From contig MU004200.1 of assembly GCA_010093605.1 (NCBI GenBank), positions 558,001 to 622,000 on the forward strand: 64,000 bases of DNA, in the 5' to 3' direction. The notes under the pieces are model-generated. The model worked only from the letters and a program-made list of their open reading frames with translations. It was not told the origin of the DNA and did no database searches. This stretch comes from Lophium mytilinum. Lineage: Eukaryota. The position numbers and the translations under genes are program-made. This document shows positions 36,419-50,633 of the stretch, one piece after another; the first letter of the stretch is position 1; the number at the start of each line of letters is the position of its first letter.

Positions 36419-36522
36419 ATGGCGTCAAGCGAGACTCTCGTGGCTCCTGTTCGGAGCACGACATCAACTTCAAACTCGTCGAATTTCTAGGCCACCTCGC
36501 CACAGCCGCGGAGTGACACCAC
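36419..36522. promoter_or_regulatory. Cluster of three degenerate CYS-3/MetR-like sites in the arylsulfatase/AstA divergent promoter
   Basis: ATGGCGTCAA 36419-36428, ACGACATCAA 36458-36467 and GTGACACCAC 36513-36522. Confidence 0.35.
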
Positions 36523-36848
36523 AACGGCGACAGTTCATTCGCTCATATCTTTTCTTTCCAGCAAGATCCGCAACTCTATTCCGCGATTCTAGACAGAAAC
36601 ATGTTCTCCCCAGGCTTGATCAGCGCCAAGGGCACAGTGCCGATTGGAGTGCCCGGATGGCAGTACCCAGGCAATTCGTTGACGATGCATGAAATTGCGC
36701 GATCATGGCACCTCGTCTCCCAAGAACCTGGACGATATGATGCGGGATGTTTTCTAGATAAATGAAGGGCTCGTCTCCCTGATCCTCGACAGCATCTGAT
36801 ATCGACTTTGCTACTCCAGCAGTCAATTGGTCTCTGCGATCATCAACT

Positions 36849-39035
36849 ATGTCGCTCGCGATCGCTGTTCAGAAGAAAGGCCCCGATGGGTCGGCTTCTC
36901 CAAGCTCCTTATCTTCCACTGAGATATCCAAAGGGCTCGCTGAAGTCAAAATCTCTGAGACCGATTCTACTCTCGGGGTTCCCGGAGAAGAAAAGCGGTT
37001 CTGGTTCCAAAGGGCCAGAAAATACGACCCTGACGCTATCGCTACGCTGGTGAGATGAGCATCCTAACTGATTTCAATACGCCTTTCATCTGACACGCGA
37101 TCAGCCTAGTGTCTACGATGACCCCGAGACTGCAAAAAACTATCAACCTCGTCCAGATTGGTAAGCACTTCTGACAGATGGCGTTGTCATGTTCTAACAT
37201 CAAGTAGGGAGAACCTGAAAAAGTTCGACCCAGCTGCCAGATGGACCTGGGGCGAAGAACACAGACTGATCCGCAAAATCGACTTTCGAATAATGGTCTG
37301 GGCGTGTATTATGTTTATGTCTCTTGAGCTGGATCGTGCGAACATTCAGCAAGCCAACACGGATAACTTCCTGAAGGACCTCAAACTAACTACGAATGGT
37401 GATTAGCTTCCAAAATCAAACCTGCTTAAACTAACCGCTAGATAGACTATAACCTTGGGAATACTGTGTTCAAGGCTGCTTTCCTGTGCGCCGAACTTCC
37501 ATCCCAGCTGGTCTCCAAATGGATCGGCCCCGATCGCTGGATTCCTGCTCAAATGATTCTCTGGTCATTTGTCGCCATGTCACAGTTTTGGCTGGCCGGC
37601 AGGACGTCGTTCCTTACCTGCCGTGCTCTTCTGGGTATACTCCAAGGCGGCTTCATTCCAGACGTGAGTTCAATACTTCCTGGCCAAGCTTTATGCTCAA
37701 CCCTAATTCTTGTCAGGTCATCCTTTATCTGTCTTACTTCTACAAGCATCATGAGCTGTCCCTTCGTCTTGGATTTTTCTGGACGGCCATGAGCGGTGCC
37801 GACATCCTATCTGGTATATTTGCCTTTGGCATCCTGCACCTTCGAGGACACCAGGGTCGATCGGGATGGCGCTGGCTCTTCTTGCTCGAGGGCCTCATCA
37901 CCCTCGTCCTCGGCATCTTCTCATTCCTACTAATGCCAGCCGGCCCGACGCAGACGTCGAGTTGGTTCAGAGGAAAGAAGGGATGGTTTACGGAAAAGTG
38001 AGCTCTTCGATCATACCAGCAAGGCACCTGCTAACGTCAACAGAGAGCAAACTATCATCGTCAACCGAGTCATCCGGGAGGACCCGAGCAAGGGTACTAT
38101 GCATAACCGGCAACCCGTTACGCCTAGATTACTCTGGAAGAGCATGAAAGACTACGATCTCTGGTGAGTCGGTAGTTCACTGCTTGATGCCCAGAGCCTA
38201 ATATTGTGAACAGGCCTCTCTATCTGGTCGGCTTCAGCTTCCAGATCCCTATGACAACACCGCAGCAGTACTTGACTCTGTCGCTTCGAGGAATCGGGTT
38301 CAACACCTTCCAGACGAACCTTCTTTCGATTCCGTACCAAGTTGGCCATAGTGAGTCGAGCCAATTCATTGAGAGGATGAGCACTAACATTCGTCAGTCA
38401 TAACGATGATGATAATCACATATGGTGCGGAGATCACCGGCTCTCTTACATGGTGGTCCATATTAGGGCAATTCTGGGCACTGCCATTCCTTATTTTCCT
38501 TCGCGTCACCAACATCAATACGGTGCCCAAATGGACTGAGTTTGCCATCATGACTTTGCTCCTTAGCTATCCGCTAGGTAAGACGAAGATTGCTCGCCGT
38601 TAATAACTCTCCACTAACTCATGATTGCAGCCCACGCAATCCAAGTCGGATGGTGCTCTCGCAACGCAAATACCGTCCGGTCTCGCACCGTCAGCGCGGC
38701 CATGTACAACATGTTCGTCCAAGCGTAAGTGCCCTCACCTCGCCACTCGTCCCGTCCGTACCATCTGCTAACGAGGTGTAAATAGCGGAGGTATTGTCGC
38801 TTCTAACATCTACCGCGACGACGACAAGCCCCGATACAAGCGCGGAAACACCGCTTTAGTCTCTATCGTCGTCATGAACATTGTCCTTTATGTCTTGATG
38901 AAGGCCTACTACGTGTTCCGCAACAAGTCGCGCTCCAACAAATGGGACTCGATGTCGGAGCAGCAACGCCTTGAGTACCTCGAGACCACGAAAGACGAGG
39001 GGAACAAGCGCCTAGACTTCAGGTTTGCGCACTGA
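36849..39035 (+). CDS. MFS anion:cation symporter (Dal5/allantoate permease family), alternative sulfate transporter AstA-like, about 10 introns
   Basis: [71 protein letters not shown] and [13 protein letters not shown]. Confidence 0.88.
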
Positions 39036-40159
39036 GTGCCCTGAAGTGGGTAAATATCAGTTTCTAGACATATTACGAGGATTACGGTGGCTGTGTATTG
39101 GGTGGATGTTGGGTGTTGGATGTTATGAGGAATGGCTTTCTCTACTCGGCGCAGAATTAGAAGTGTTGATATGTCGTGTGCCTTGACTACTATACTTCAC
39201 CTCTGCAAATTGCCATCCCTTGAGCCTCGCTCCTGATCCCAAGTTCCCACTCACGTGATTCTGATTTTGGACTGCTGTCCATTAACACAGCCAGGGTTCG
39301 TCGATGAATGAATCTTCTTTAATTTTTGCTAGGGCGTGCGTTATCTCGAAACTTCGATGGCTAGGTAGTTTGGCAATGTGATTGGACTGGAATCGCGGTG
39401 GAGTCATGGTGCTCGATATACTTTGCTAGTCTCGTATCGTGCTCCAGCGAGAGGGAGCGGGCGGCGAGGGCGACTATCGCTGTCCGCGAGAGGCTATAGA
39501 AGCGGCGGGTGTTGGGCTGGCAGACGGCGGATGTTGTTGGTTGAGGCGTGCTGCAGCCCTACCTATCACACATGTCGGCTGGACGTTGGTGGTGAGGAGG
39601 TGCGCCGCGGCGTGCAGGAGGGTGTGATGGCTGGCGTTGGCGAGGGGTTTCAATTTGTCGTATTCAAAACGGCGTGCAGTTTCGAGTGGCAGAATAGCCG
39701 CTGGAGCTGTAGCAGAGTGCACCCTCGCGGCCAACGATCCGGACCTTACGCCGACTGCGCTGGCCGCTGTGTAGACGACCAGCCCTTTCACGTTGAGATC
39801 ATTGCCCCAGCTTGTCCTGCCCAGCACCGCAGCGTGATTGAATACCTAGCGACCCGCCGCCTCGCCTGCGCTAGAGCCATCGCCAGAGCTTCTGACTTCG
39901 GTAGTACCGCCTCACGCCGCCTTTCCTCACCGACGAGAGCAACACCCCCTTCTTCGACGTCGCAACAAACCACCCGAGGCCACTCCAGACCGGACATCTA
40001 TCGGTGCGTCCTCCTCTTTGCCTGCTTCTGACGCTCCTTGCTGATGCTATTCACCGCGCTGCAGACCAGAGACGCTCGAGTCCTATATATCTCCGCCGAG
40101 ATACCTCCTCCCGCCTGTCAACAACATTCTCAGCAGCTCCCAACCGGCGTCGCATAGCC

Positions 40160-41040
<881 letters not shown>

Positions 41041-41877
41041 GCACAGACCGGTGCGCAGGGGGCAACGAGAAGACGGGTTGGTGTAACGGGTGGGGACTTG
41101 AATACCATTGGTGTTGTGGAACAAGTTCTTACGGCGTTTTTTGAGCGGAAATTGGACATGACACAGCGTGGAGCATCACATCGCAGGCAAGCTGAGCTAG
41201 AGCTGTCATAAATTTTGGTGGGTAATTACACAGACATAGCATAGGAGAAGCTCGAGGGAGTCAGCGCCCGCCAGCCACTATGGACCTTCACCTTTAGCCT
41301 TTATATTTTGCACAGTCAAGAAAGCAAGTATGTTTCTCGGACCCAAGGCAAGACGATGGACGATGGATGATCGGGAGTCCGGGATTCGGCAGCGGAGCGG
41401 CGTGGTGTTTGCTTATTCATTTCTGAGCACTATTTCTTTCCTATATCCGTCTTTACACTGTGGTTAGCGGTTGGACTAAGCATATCTCCCTCGAATCAAT
41501 TGTAGATAGTGCGGAGCAATCATCCTAGGGCTTTAGCTGTGCTGCGAATGCGTGGACTATTCGCGATGCGGTCGATTGCGTTATTTGATAGAGCTTTCAC
41601 AATTTAGTCTGCGGTCCGCTTGTTGAGACTTGCGATTAGTGACTATTTTTTTAATAAGCCTATCAGATGGTGTCTGCCAAATTCGCAGAACTGAATAAAA
41701 CCTAGAACTCCCAGAAGCTCTTGCGGCTCGTCTATGTCTGCACGTGAAAGCCCGGGCAGCGCATTGGCCAATCTGCCCCACGACAGGGATCTACCGCATC
41801 CCTCCCCTGCACCTTGCATAGCTCCACACCAAGAGACGACATCTGTTCACTCCACTACCACAACTCTGTACTTCAAG

Positions 41878-43559
41878 ATGTTCCACCAAGGGGATCTTCA
41901 GAGCGGCATTGCGCTCGCCATCCAGCAGTCTAAATCGGTCGCTTGTTTTGTACGAGGTTCGTACTCTAACTCCTATGAATCCATATCTAAGCTCAGATCA
42001 TAGGAATGCAGGCTGACGACTCATTTCAGACGACAACGAGGAAAGCGAGCTCTGGGAAGAGGACTGGCTCCAGGATGAGGACGTATGTGTCCGATCGCCA
42101 TCCCCGGAGAGCACATCATGCTTACAGTCTATCTACAGATCTCATCACTCCTCGCGCAAACCACGGTCCTCCTCCGCATGCAAGCAGGATCCACGGAAGC
42201 GGGCTTCCTTGCCGCGTTCTGTCCTCTCAAGAGCATACCTACGCTAGTTGTTATACAGTATGCGCTTCATAATCGCGTATGGGAATATCGGGGCTGACGA
42301 ATGGGTGCTATAGTAATGGTCAACTCCGCGAACACCTGACCGGCGGCAGCGGGATAACAAAAGAGGAATTCACGGCGCGGTTACGAGCTGTATTGAGCCC
42401 ACAAGAAGAGAAGACTACTGCGGGATCACAAGTCGAGCCTGCAACAAGCATGTCGTCTGTACCGTCCACTCCTAATCCAACATCACAAGCTCCACAACCC
42501 ACTGCTTCCGCTCCCAACACAACCACTAACCCGACCGCCGTCACCTCTCTCCTCGCCGACCGGGCCGCCCGCCTCGAAAAAGACAAACTCGCCAAAGAAG
42601 CCGCCGAAGCCACCGCCCGCGCCGCCGCGCGCACGAAAGCAAAAGGCAAGGCCAAAGCCCTCGATGACGAGATCGTCGGCGCGTCTACATCCACGAAATC
42701 TGCGCAGCTAAGCGCAGCCGCACAAGCACGGAAACGTAAAGAAGACGAGAAATCAGAGCTCCGCCGCATACAAGCACTGATAGCCAACGACAAGGCCGAG
42801 CGCAAAGCACGAGGCGAAGAGCGGAAGAAAGCAGCTGAGGAACAGCGGCGATTAGCAGCCGGCGAAGCTCCAACTGAGGGCGTAGATTCCACAGATGCGT
42901 CGAGCGCGCAAGGGAGGGATTCAGGGAAGGGCAAGGCGACTCGACGGGCAACGGGCGCCGTGCACCTCAACATCCGCCTCTTCGACGGCGGCACGATCCG
43001 CGAGTCTTTCCCGCACGACGCAACGCTGCAAACCGTCCGCGAGTGGATAGATCAGGAGTTGGTAGCTACAGAGTCCAAACATCCCCCGTATACGTTTAAG
43101 CATCTTCTCCCGCCTTCCCCTAGCCGCTCGCTGTCTGCGTCGGACGAGGCGGCTGAGCTTACGGATATCGACCTCGCCCCATCTGCGACCCTCGTTCTCG
43201 TGCCCGTGACCGGGTACACGGAGGCGTACACAGGCAGCAGCGGCGGCGGCGTACTAGGCTCGGTCGTCGGGGGCGCTAAGGGGGTGATCGGGAGTGCGTT
43301 CGGCGTGGTTGGCGGCGTGTTGGGGTACGTGACTGGGTATGGAGCCCAAGCGCCTGCGTCGAGCTCAGCGCCTCGGGGCGATGAGGAAGGAAGGGCAACG
43401 GGGGAGACTCGTGGTGCTGGGGCTGGCGATGGGCGAGTGCGTACACTCGCGGATCAGCGGCAGGAGGGCGGAGCGGAGAGGGTTGAGAGGGACCGGCAGT
43501 TCTATAATGGGAACCAGACGAATTTTGAGCCAAGGCGGGATGAGGGGAAGGATGATTAG
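41878..43559 (+). CDS. UBX-domain Cdc48/p97 cofactor (Ubx7/UBXN4-like)
   Basis: MFHQGDLQSGIALAIQQSK N-terminus, coiled coil, UBX LNIRLFDGGTIRESF..LAPSATLVLVP and C-terminal FYNGNQTNFEP. Confidence 0.85.
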
Positions 43560-44662
43560 GGGGGTCAGTGGTGGAAGATCTGGTAGTGTAGGATTACGTT
43601 TTGTGTGTTTGTTCGTGGTGTCTTCATGGGTCTGATGATGGTAATTGAGAAAAGCAGTCTATCTAGTAGACGAGTGATAACAATAATTTGCATAGAGACT
43701 GGAGACGAAGTACAAGAGAACGCGGGAGAAGGAAGTTCAAGATGACGGATAGGTGGAACCCAACTCTTCGAATAAGACATGCCACAGCCAATCGTTGTGT
43801 GTACAAGGTTCAAGAGATCTTGCAGAGCCTTGCTGAGAGCCAGAGCACAGCTTGAACGGTACTCTAGTTGCGAGGCGTGTAAGTGGATAGACAGATTCCT
43901 TCTGCCCTAACCAAAAAAAAGACAAAAAACTGCTCAGCTGCACTCGGAATCGAACTGGGGCCTCAAGTCTAGTTCAAATCTAAGCAACAGCTAAGAAGGT
44001 TTTTTTGGGTTATTTGGTTTGTGTAATCAAGGGTGTTAATGGCGTACAAGAGCAGCACAGGTAGACCACACCCAAGATTGATAGACGAAGGAAATAATTA
44101 GCTTTATGTACTCTCGTTTTCACATGTTCTCACGGGGTGAAATGCGGGCGAATCGTTTGGGAACAGATAAGTCGAGATAGCTCTGTGACAAATGATACGC
44201 ATCAACTTGACCAATCGATACGCATCGTTTCAGACCGCAGTGTTTTGTTTGAAGGCTTTCTGGAGGATTTGAGAGCTGCACTGTAAGGCTAAAACATATC
44301 CAAAGATTCTTGAGGCATTCCACAGCTCTGCATACCCCTTGTCATGACCTGTCTCGCAAGCTAGATGAAGCGACCTCAACAGCAAACACAACACAGTGAC
44401 GAGTGTTTCAGCTGCTAATGTTATGTCCTTTGCGTATTTGGAGCCCCCCAAACCTCACTGCTAAACCCATGCTGTCTAAATTTGGATCAAACCCGGGGAA
44501 ACGTGCACTAGCGCCGGCTCGGCTCGTTGGCTAAGTGCATCTTGTCCAACGTTCCACCTCGACCGTCGCCCATTCTTGGACAAAGACAAACGCACAGGGG
44601 CAGGCACCCTTCCCCTTCCCTCCTCACCGCTTCTCTGCACGCAACCGTTCTCGTCCGCTACC

Positions 44663-46251
44663 ATGGCTTCCCCTGGTCTCGCCGCGTCGTCCCCAAGGCT
44701 CGTGGACCCCCAAAAGAAGGCACTCTTCAACATTCAGCTGAGCGACAGGGTCACGAAGCCGAAGAGCTCCTCTGGGGACTTCTCAAGCGTCAAATGTACG
44801 GATCCCCTTCCAGACTCTCTGAGCCATGCTGATACCCGACTCCAGTCAACCACAAACCTCCACAGACAACGTCATCTCGGACCTCCGCCATCAGTCAGTC
44901 AGCCGGCAACCAATACTCCCTCACGCTCTCCGACAAAGACAAGGACACCAGTGACACAAGCAACTATGTGTTCCGCGGTCAAAAAACACAGTCAAAGAAG
45001 TCATACGTCCTTATCTTCGACCCAGCAAAGCAAACCGCGACCCTCGAACCTCTCTCCTCAACCTATACCTTCAACCTAAAATCCACCCCGACCGAATCCT
45101 CCTCCTCCAAACTTGCGCAAAGATACCCCCAAATCAAACCCCTTAAGGATCACGACTCCCAAGACGGCGCCGACGACCTCTTCGACGATGGTAAAAGCGT
45201 GGGCGGCTCCGATTCGGAACCCGACGCCCAAAACCCCTATGACTGGCGACACTTCCTCTCCCGCGACTCGGGTGCCTCATCCCCAGACATCCACAGCTCC
45301 CTGAACACGCCACGATCGGACTTCAGCCGCGGGACCCCTCTCATCGTAGCCCATAAACCCCCACCCTCCGCCTCTCTCTCCAAAATCCCCCCCAAATCCC
45401 GCACCTCTACAACCTCCCAACCCCTCCCAACCCGCAAAGCCACCACCAGCGCAACCAAAAAGCCTCCCCCAAACCCCACCGTCCGTCTCGACCGCCGCGC
45501 CTCAACCCGCCCCACCGATCCCCAACCCTTTAAAACCACCGCCGGCTCCAAAGCCAAGAAACCCGTCCCCAAATCCGCCGAAATCGTCCACTCCTCCGAC
45601 GACTCCTCCTCCGACCACGACGCCACCACCTCTCGCACGATCGAAGACCCCTCCTCCACCTCAACCGCCCACCCCCCACGCGCCCTCGCCTCCCTCGGCC
45701 TCGGCCAATCCCTCGGCCTAGGCGGCGCCCGCGGCTTCCTCAAATCCCCCTCCAACGGCCCCATCAGCCTGCACAGCGCAGCCAACAGCGCGAGCGGGAG
45801 CCCCGAGGCGTCGCCGTTCCGCAGGGCAGCTAGGCGGCAGAACAACGATGACGACGACGACGTGATTGACTTTGGGGACACGGGGGGCGGGGGCCATAGC
45901 TCCGAGGAGGAGGATGATGGGTATGTGGAGGATGACGAGGAGGGGTCTGGGCTGGATCTTGTGGATGCGGATGCGGATGCGGATGTGGAGGAGATGGAGC
46001 TGGGGCCGCCGGTGAGGGAGCCGGTGAAGGGGGCTGGGCGGCGGATGAGTGTGAGTGGGTTGGTGCAGGAAGAGGAGGAGGAGGAGGCGGCGGGGGTAGA
46101 GGATGAGGATGAGGGGTACGATTTCGAGGCGGAGATGATGCAGGGGTTGTTGAGTCAGGATGATGAGGGGAGGGCGCCGCCGCCGCCGCCGAAGGGGCTG
46201 GGGGTCAGTATGGGTGGGGGGGATAGTGAGAGTGAGAGTGAGGAGGAGTAG
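44663..46251 (+). CDS. ELL-associated factor (Eaf) family RNA Pol II elongation factor, 2 exons
   Basis: SVK|FNHKP, YVFRG and KSYVLIFDPAKQTATLEPLSSTYTFNL, followed by S/T/P-rich and acidic tails ending ESESEEE. Confidence 0.75.
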
Positions 46252-46715
46252 TGGTGAGAATGTTAGGGATGCGTGTAATGTTTTGATCAAGGGGCGTTGT
46301 TGGTCTCGTCAATATTCGGAGTTTGGGCTTGTGTACAACATGTGGGACACATATTAGATGGCCTGCAACGACGAAAGCTGAATCACGTTAGACCAAGACG
46401 CGCGGGTTCAGAACAGAACAGAGCTCGATATGATTTCATTGAAGGAATGGGCAACGATCAAGTCCACCCAAATCGACAACACAGGGCTTTCCCTCGCCTG
46501 CCGCTAGACAAAGCCAACATGCAGCCGAGTATCTTTCCCTCATAAGTGCATTACGATGTTGTTCCCTCCGAAGACTCCCAACGTCGCTCTCCTGAAGATC
46601 GGTCGATTCATGGTGTTGTAATTTGTCTCCCATTTTTTGATTTCGATATGCTGCCGCCTGCACTTCTCACACCTCCGTTTTGGCTATAATCGAGGGCGTG
46701 CTATCGAAACGACAT

Positions 46716-47831
46716 CTACCACTGGGCAGTAGGCTCGGTGCCCGCGGCCGCAGTTCCCCAGCCCTCAGTCGCCTCGGCGTTGGCAGTGCTGGCCGCAGCC
46801 CAGTCTCCACCCGCATCAGCATCCCAGCTAGCACCCGCCGCCGGAGCAGTGTTAGACGCAGCAGCGAACGCGCCAGCAGTGGCGCCGGAGACCTCCCACT
46901 CGTTGGAGAAGCCGGCCTCGACGGCACCTGGGCCAACCTCGTCGGCGCCGGGAACCTTGGCCTCCTCCACACCGGCCGAGTCCTTGTTCTCTTCGGCCTC
47001 GGGATCGCGGTAGAAGTACAGATCGGTCATGACGTCCCACTCGGTGTCGCGGGAGGCGAGGGTGCCGCGGAGACGGAGGACTTCGCGGGCCAGCATCCAC
47101 CATACGAGACCGATGGCGTGGCGGCCCTTGTTGTTGGTGGGGATGGCAACATCGACGTACTCGGTAGGCGAGTCGGCGTCGCAGAGACCAATGACGGGGA
47201 TGTTGACGTACGAAGCCTCCTTGATGGCTTGGGCGTCGGTGCGCGGGTCGGTGACGATGATCAGGCGGGGCTCCTTGAAGCTGCGGGTGATGTAGTTGGT
47301 GAAGTTACCGGGGGTAAAACGACCGGCAATGGCGACGGCACCGGTGTGGGCGGCGAACTTGAGGACAGCACGCTGGCCTGGTGGTGGTTAGAGCAGATAT
47401 ATAGAGAAATTGGAAGAGGTTAGTACCATAGGGACGAGCGGAGATGACACAGATGTCGGCTGGGTTGTCAATGGCGACGATGATGCGTGCAGCCAGGACA
47501 ATCTTCTCCCACTTTGGAGGGGTCAGTTGGTGATATGGAAAATAGTAGGATATCACATACGGTCTTGCCAATGTTCTGTTGTTGTTAGCATTCGAAACTC
47601 GAGATGGGGATTTAAGAGACTTACAATGACGTTGATACCATCTGGGCGAGTCTTCCAGAGATCTAGAAGTAAACGTCAGCCAAATGTTCCGTTCTCTAGC
47701 AGAGGAGAAGACATACAAGGCTCCATATGCACCTGCATGTTCTTGCTGCCCAAATGACATTGCGCCGCGAGGAGCTGCTCAATGTCCTGGGATGTGGGGT
47801 TGAAAGCCGCGGGGAGGTTGGAAGGCGCCAT
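46716..47831 (-). CDS. RPS0: 40S ribosomal protein uS2 (Rps0/SA), 5 exons
   Basis: [39 protein letters not shown] and LYFYRDPE. Confidence 0.97.
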
Positions 47832-48048
47832 CTTGTTGGTTTGTCGAGAATGAAGCTGTGAGACGGCTAGCAAGATGAGGTTTCGAGGTTGGTGCACAAA
47901 AGTTCGCGATGGAATTTGGGCGGTGCGCCAAGGATTTCGCCTATCCCGCCGGCTTAACTGCCCCGTTGCAGACTAGCGTGCGATCTCCGGATAAACTGCA
48001 GGAAAGACATTTGGCAGGAGCGTTAGACCTCATCAACGTCCAGCAGCA

Positions 48049-49075
48049 ATGCCGCCTCGAATACCTATCGCAACCTGCCTGCGGGCGTCAAAGGGTGCGT
48101 ATTATCCCAATTGCCTCTACGAATGAAGCCACTGACAATCTCAAAGCCCCAGTCTCTTGCCTCCATGCCTCTCTGCCTATCCGACCCTTTTCAACAACCC
48201 CAATCCCCCAGATCCCGCGTCCCAAACGGAAACACCAGGACCAGTACACCCTCGCCCAAGCCCGCGCCCGAAAAGCTGCCAACTTGAGCCGGCGCGCCGT
48301 GCTGTCCACCGAGCGCTCTGCCGCCCTCGGCGACCCGGTGAAAGGTCTCACCACCCCCTTCGTGAAATCCTTCGACACCGGTTCGGCCCCAGACCCATTG
48401 CCCGAATACCTAGAACCCGACTCCGCCCTCCCCAAGCCAGCCGAGAAAGCCCATCTCAACTTCTTCCTCACGCCCGAGAAAGTCTCAGAGTCTGTGCTGT
48501 ACTCGGAGCGCATCTCCACACCCCGCCCACCCAAGAAGGCTGAAGGAGACGTATACGGGATTCTCAATGACATCAGCCCGCAAGAGCAAGAGCAACAGCG
48601 CGTCGCGGTGCACGAGAAGGCCGCCGCGGCCGTCAGCGTGATCACTGCGCTCGAGAACGGGAGCTCAAAGGACCGGCTGCGCGTCAACATCCAGCGCTGC
48701 ATCGACATGTTCGGCCGCCACAATACCGACCATATCCTGCCACCCAAGCCCGCTTCTTTGTTGACAGAGGGCGTGGTGCCGCCGACGCCAGAGACGAACG
48801 AGGAGGCGGCGAAGTGGCGCGCTGGCCCGGATACGGGGAGCAGTGAGGTGCAGATTGCGATTCTGACGGCGAAGATTAGGACGCTGGCCGAGTTTTTGGA
48901 GACGCGGGGGAAAAAGGATATGCACAATAAGCGGAATTTGAGAGTCTTGGTACATAGGCGGCAGAAGCTATTGCAGTATTTGAGGAGAAGGGAGAGGGGC
49001 GGCCCGCGGTGGCAGCATTGCATTGAGACGCTCGGGCTTACGGAGGGGACGTGGAAGGGCGAGATCAGCCTCTGA
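48049..49075 (+). CDS. MRPS28: Mitochondrial ribosomal protein uS15m (Mrps28-like), 2 exons
   Basis: Presequence-like N-terminus, FGRHNTD, GPDTGSSEVQIAILTAKI and NKRNLRVLVHRRQKLLQYLRR. Confidence 0.9.
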
Positions 49076-49550
49076 GATGCGTTGTGTTCGCATTTGTAGC
49101 ATAGGTAGTGGTCAGGAAGATGGGACTGGAGGCATTGATATCATATGTATAAAATGTAAAACTCCAGAAGCAATCGCATTCACCTTATTTGTGTCAATCA
49201 TCATTCCGATCCCCAAGCATATCGATATTCGCATACAGACCACTCCTATCTGGGCACCAGGTTCTCCATTATAAGATCTATGTCTTGCTTCTTGTTTCCT
49301 CTAATCTTGTAAGCCATACATCGACCGTCAAAGCTACAAACTAGGTGTCAAGCTCAGCGACTAACTTCTCTTCGTTTTTAACAGCACACCTGAAAAGTAA
49401 ACCTCGAAGACAGCGTGACTGCGGCGAACAAATGTAGGCAGGCTTCTGGCACACTGGTAAGACAGGACTGTTGTCGTCATTGATAGTCGCACGTGAAAGC
49501 TTTGGTACTTTGGTCAATATATATCTAAACGCCCGAGTCCCCTCATGGTG

Positions 49551-50291
49551 TCATGAACTCCTTTTAGCCTTGCCCTTCGTCTTCCGCCCAGACTTGCCCT
49601 TCTTCTTCTCCTTTTTATCAGAGCTGCCCTCCTCTTCTTCCTGGGCTACATCCGCCACATCAGCCTTTCGCTTTGCCGAAAGCCGTACTTGCTCCTTCTG
49701 CTCCGCCATCTCATTGAACTTCACGTACGTGTTCGCGACTTCTTTCGCTTGTTTCTCCGCGCGCTCTTGGTCGTATTTCTCGTTGCCGGACTAGATGGTA
49801 CGAAAAGTAATTAGCAAAGCTGGCATTACATAGCCTGGTTTTCAAGCGTGGAATAAACGTGAATTGAATGTAAAATGAACCCACCAATCCAGCCTTAATG
49901 AACCTGCCCGCGGCGTCCTTATCGAGCCGCATGTTTTGCTTCACAGGCCCAGTCTCTGCAAGCTTAATTTTCTCATAGTATTGCCTTAGACGGGTGAGTT
50001 CAGTGAATATGGGGTGCTCTTTGGCTTTGATGCCGTTGAGTTGGAGATATGCTACAAAGAAAGTAAATGAGTGAGTTGTAACATAGCATAACCTGTCAGG
50101 GTGGACGCACAAAATAGGATAGACTCGATCGCATAAGTGGTCATAACATAGAGCTTCGCCTTGTCAAGCAGCGGCAGCTTGCTCGCGGAGTCGGCAATGG
50201 GCGCATCGAGGAGCGGGGCGAGGGCTTCTTCGAGGTCGTCGATGTTGCCCTCGAGCACGTCCAGCAGCGGTTCAAGGGTGTTGAACTCCAT
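49551..50291 (-). CDS. RRP47: Exosome cofactor Rrp47/Lrp1/C1D (Sas10/Utp3/C1D family), 3 exons
   Basis: LPLLDKAKLYVMTTYAIESILF, HPIFTELTRLRQYYEKIK, LDKDAAGRFIKAGL|SGN and a Lys-rich tail. Confidence 0.88.
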
Positions 50292-50633
50292 GGCTGCGAC
50301 TTCCTCTCCTTCGAGGTGCGCGGGGTGAGAGGTGGTGGGCAAATGAAGGTTGGGCGGTCATGGTTGTGGAAGGTCGATTGGAACTTTTTGAGGTTTATCG
50401 ATCGCGCCAAGCATCTGCGGACCTCCGCGACAGCCTGACATCAACACATCACTTCGACGTTCACCACCCTTACCACCAGTCCGTCTGCACACAACTTCAG
50501 AGTTTCAGAGCTACCATCCAGGCGACTTTACCGCTATCGAGACAAGTTAATACCCCAACTACTACTCCAGCGACTTCATCACCTCAAACCCCCGCCTGCT
50601 CACCTCGCGCCTCACCCCATCCCCAACGCCACA

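Noticed and set aside
46455..46535. Weak 5S-like string (ACAGGGCTTTCCC..GCCG..AAGCC) in the RPS0/Eaf 3' region
   Set aside because: Needs several gaps and lacks the terminal helix and T-run; not supportable.
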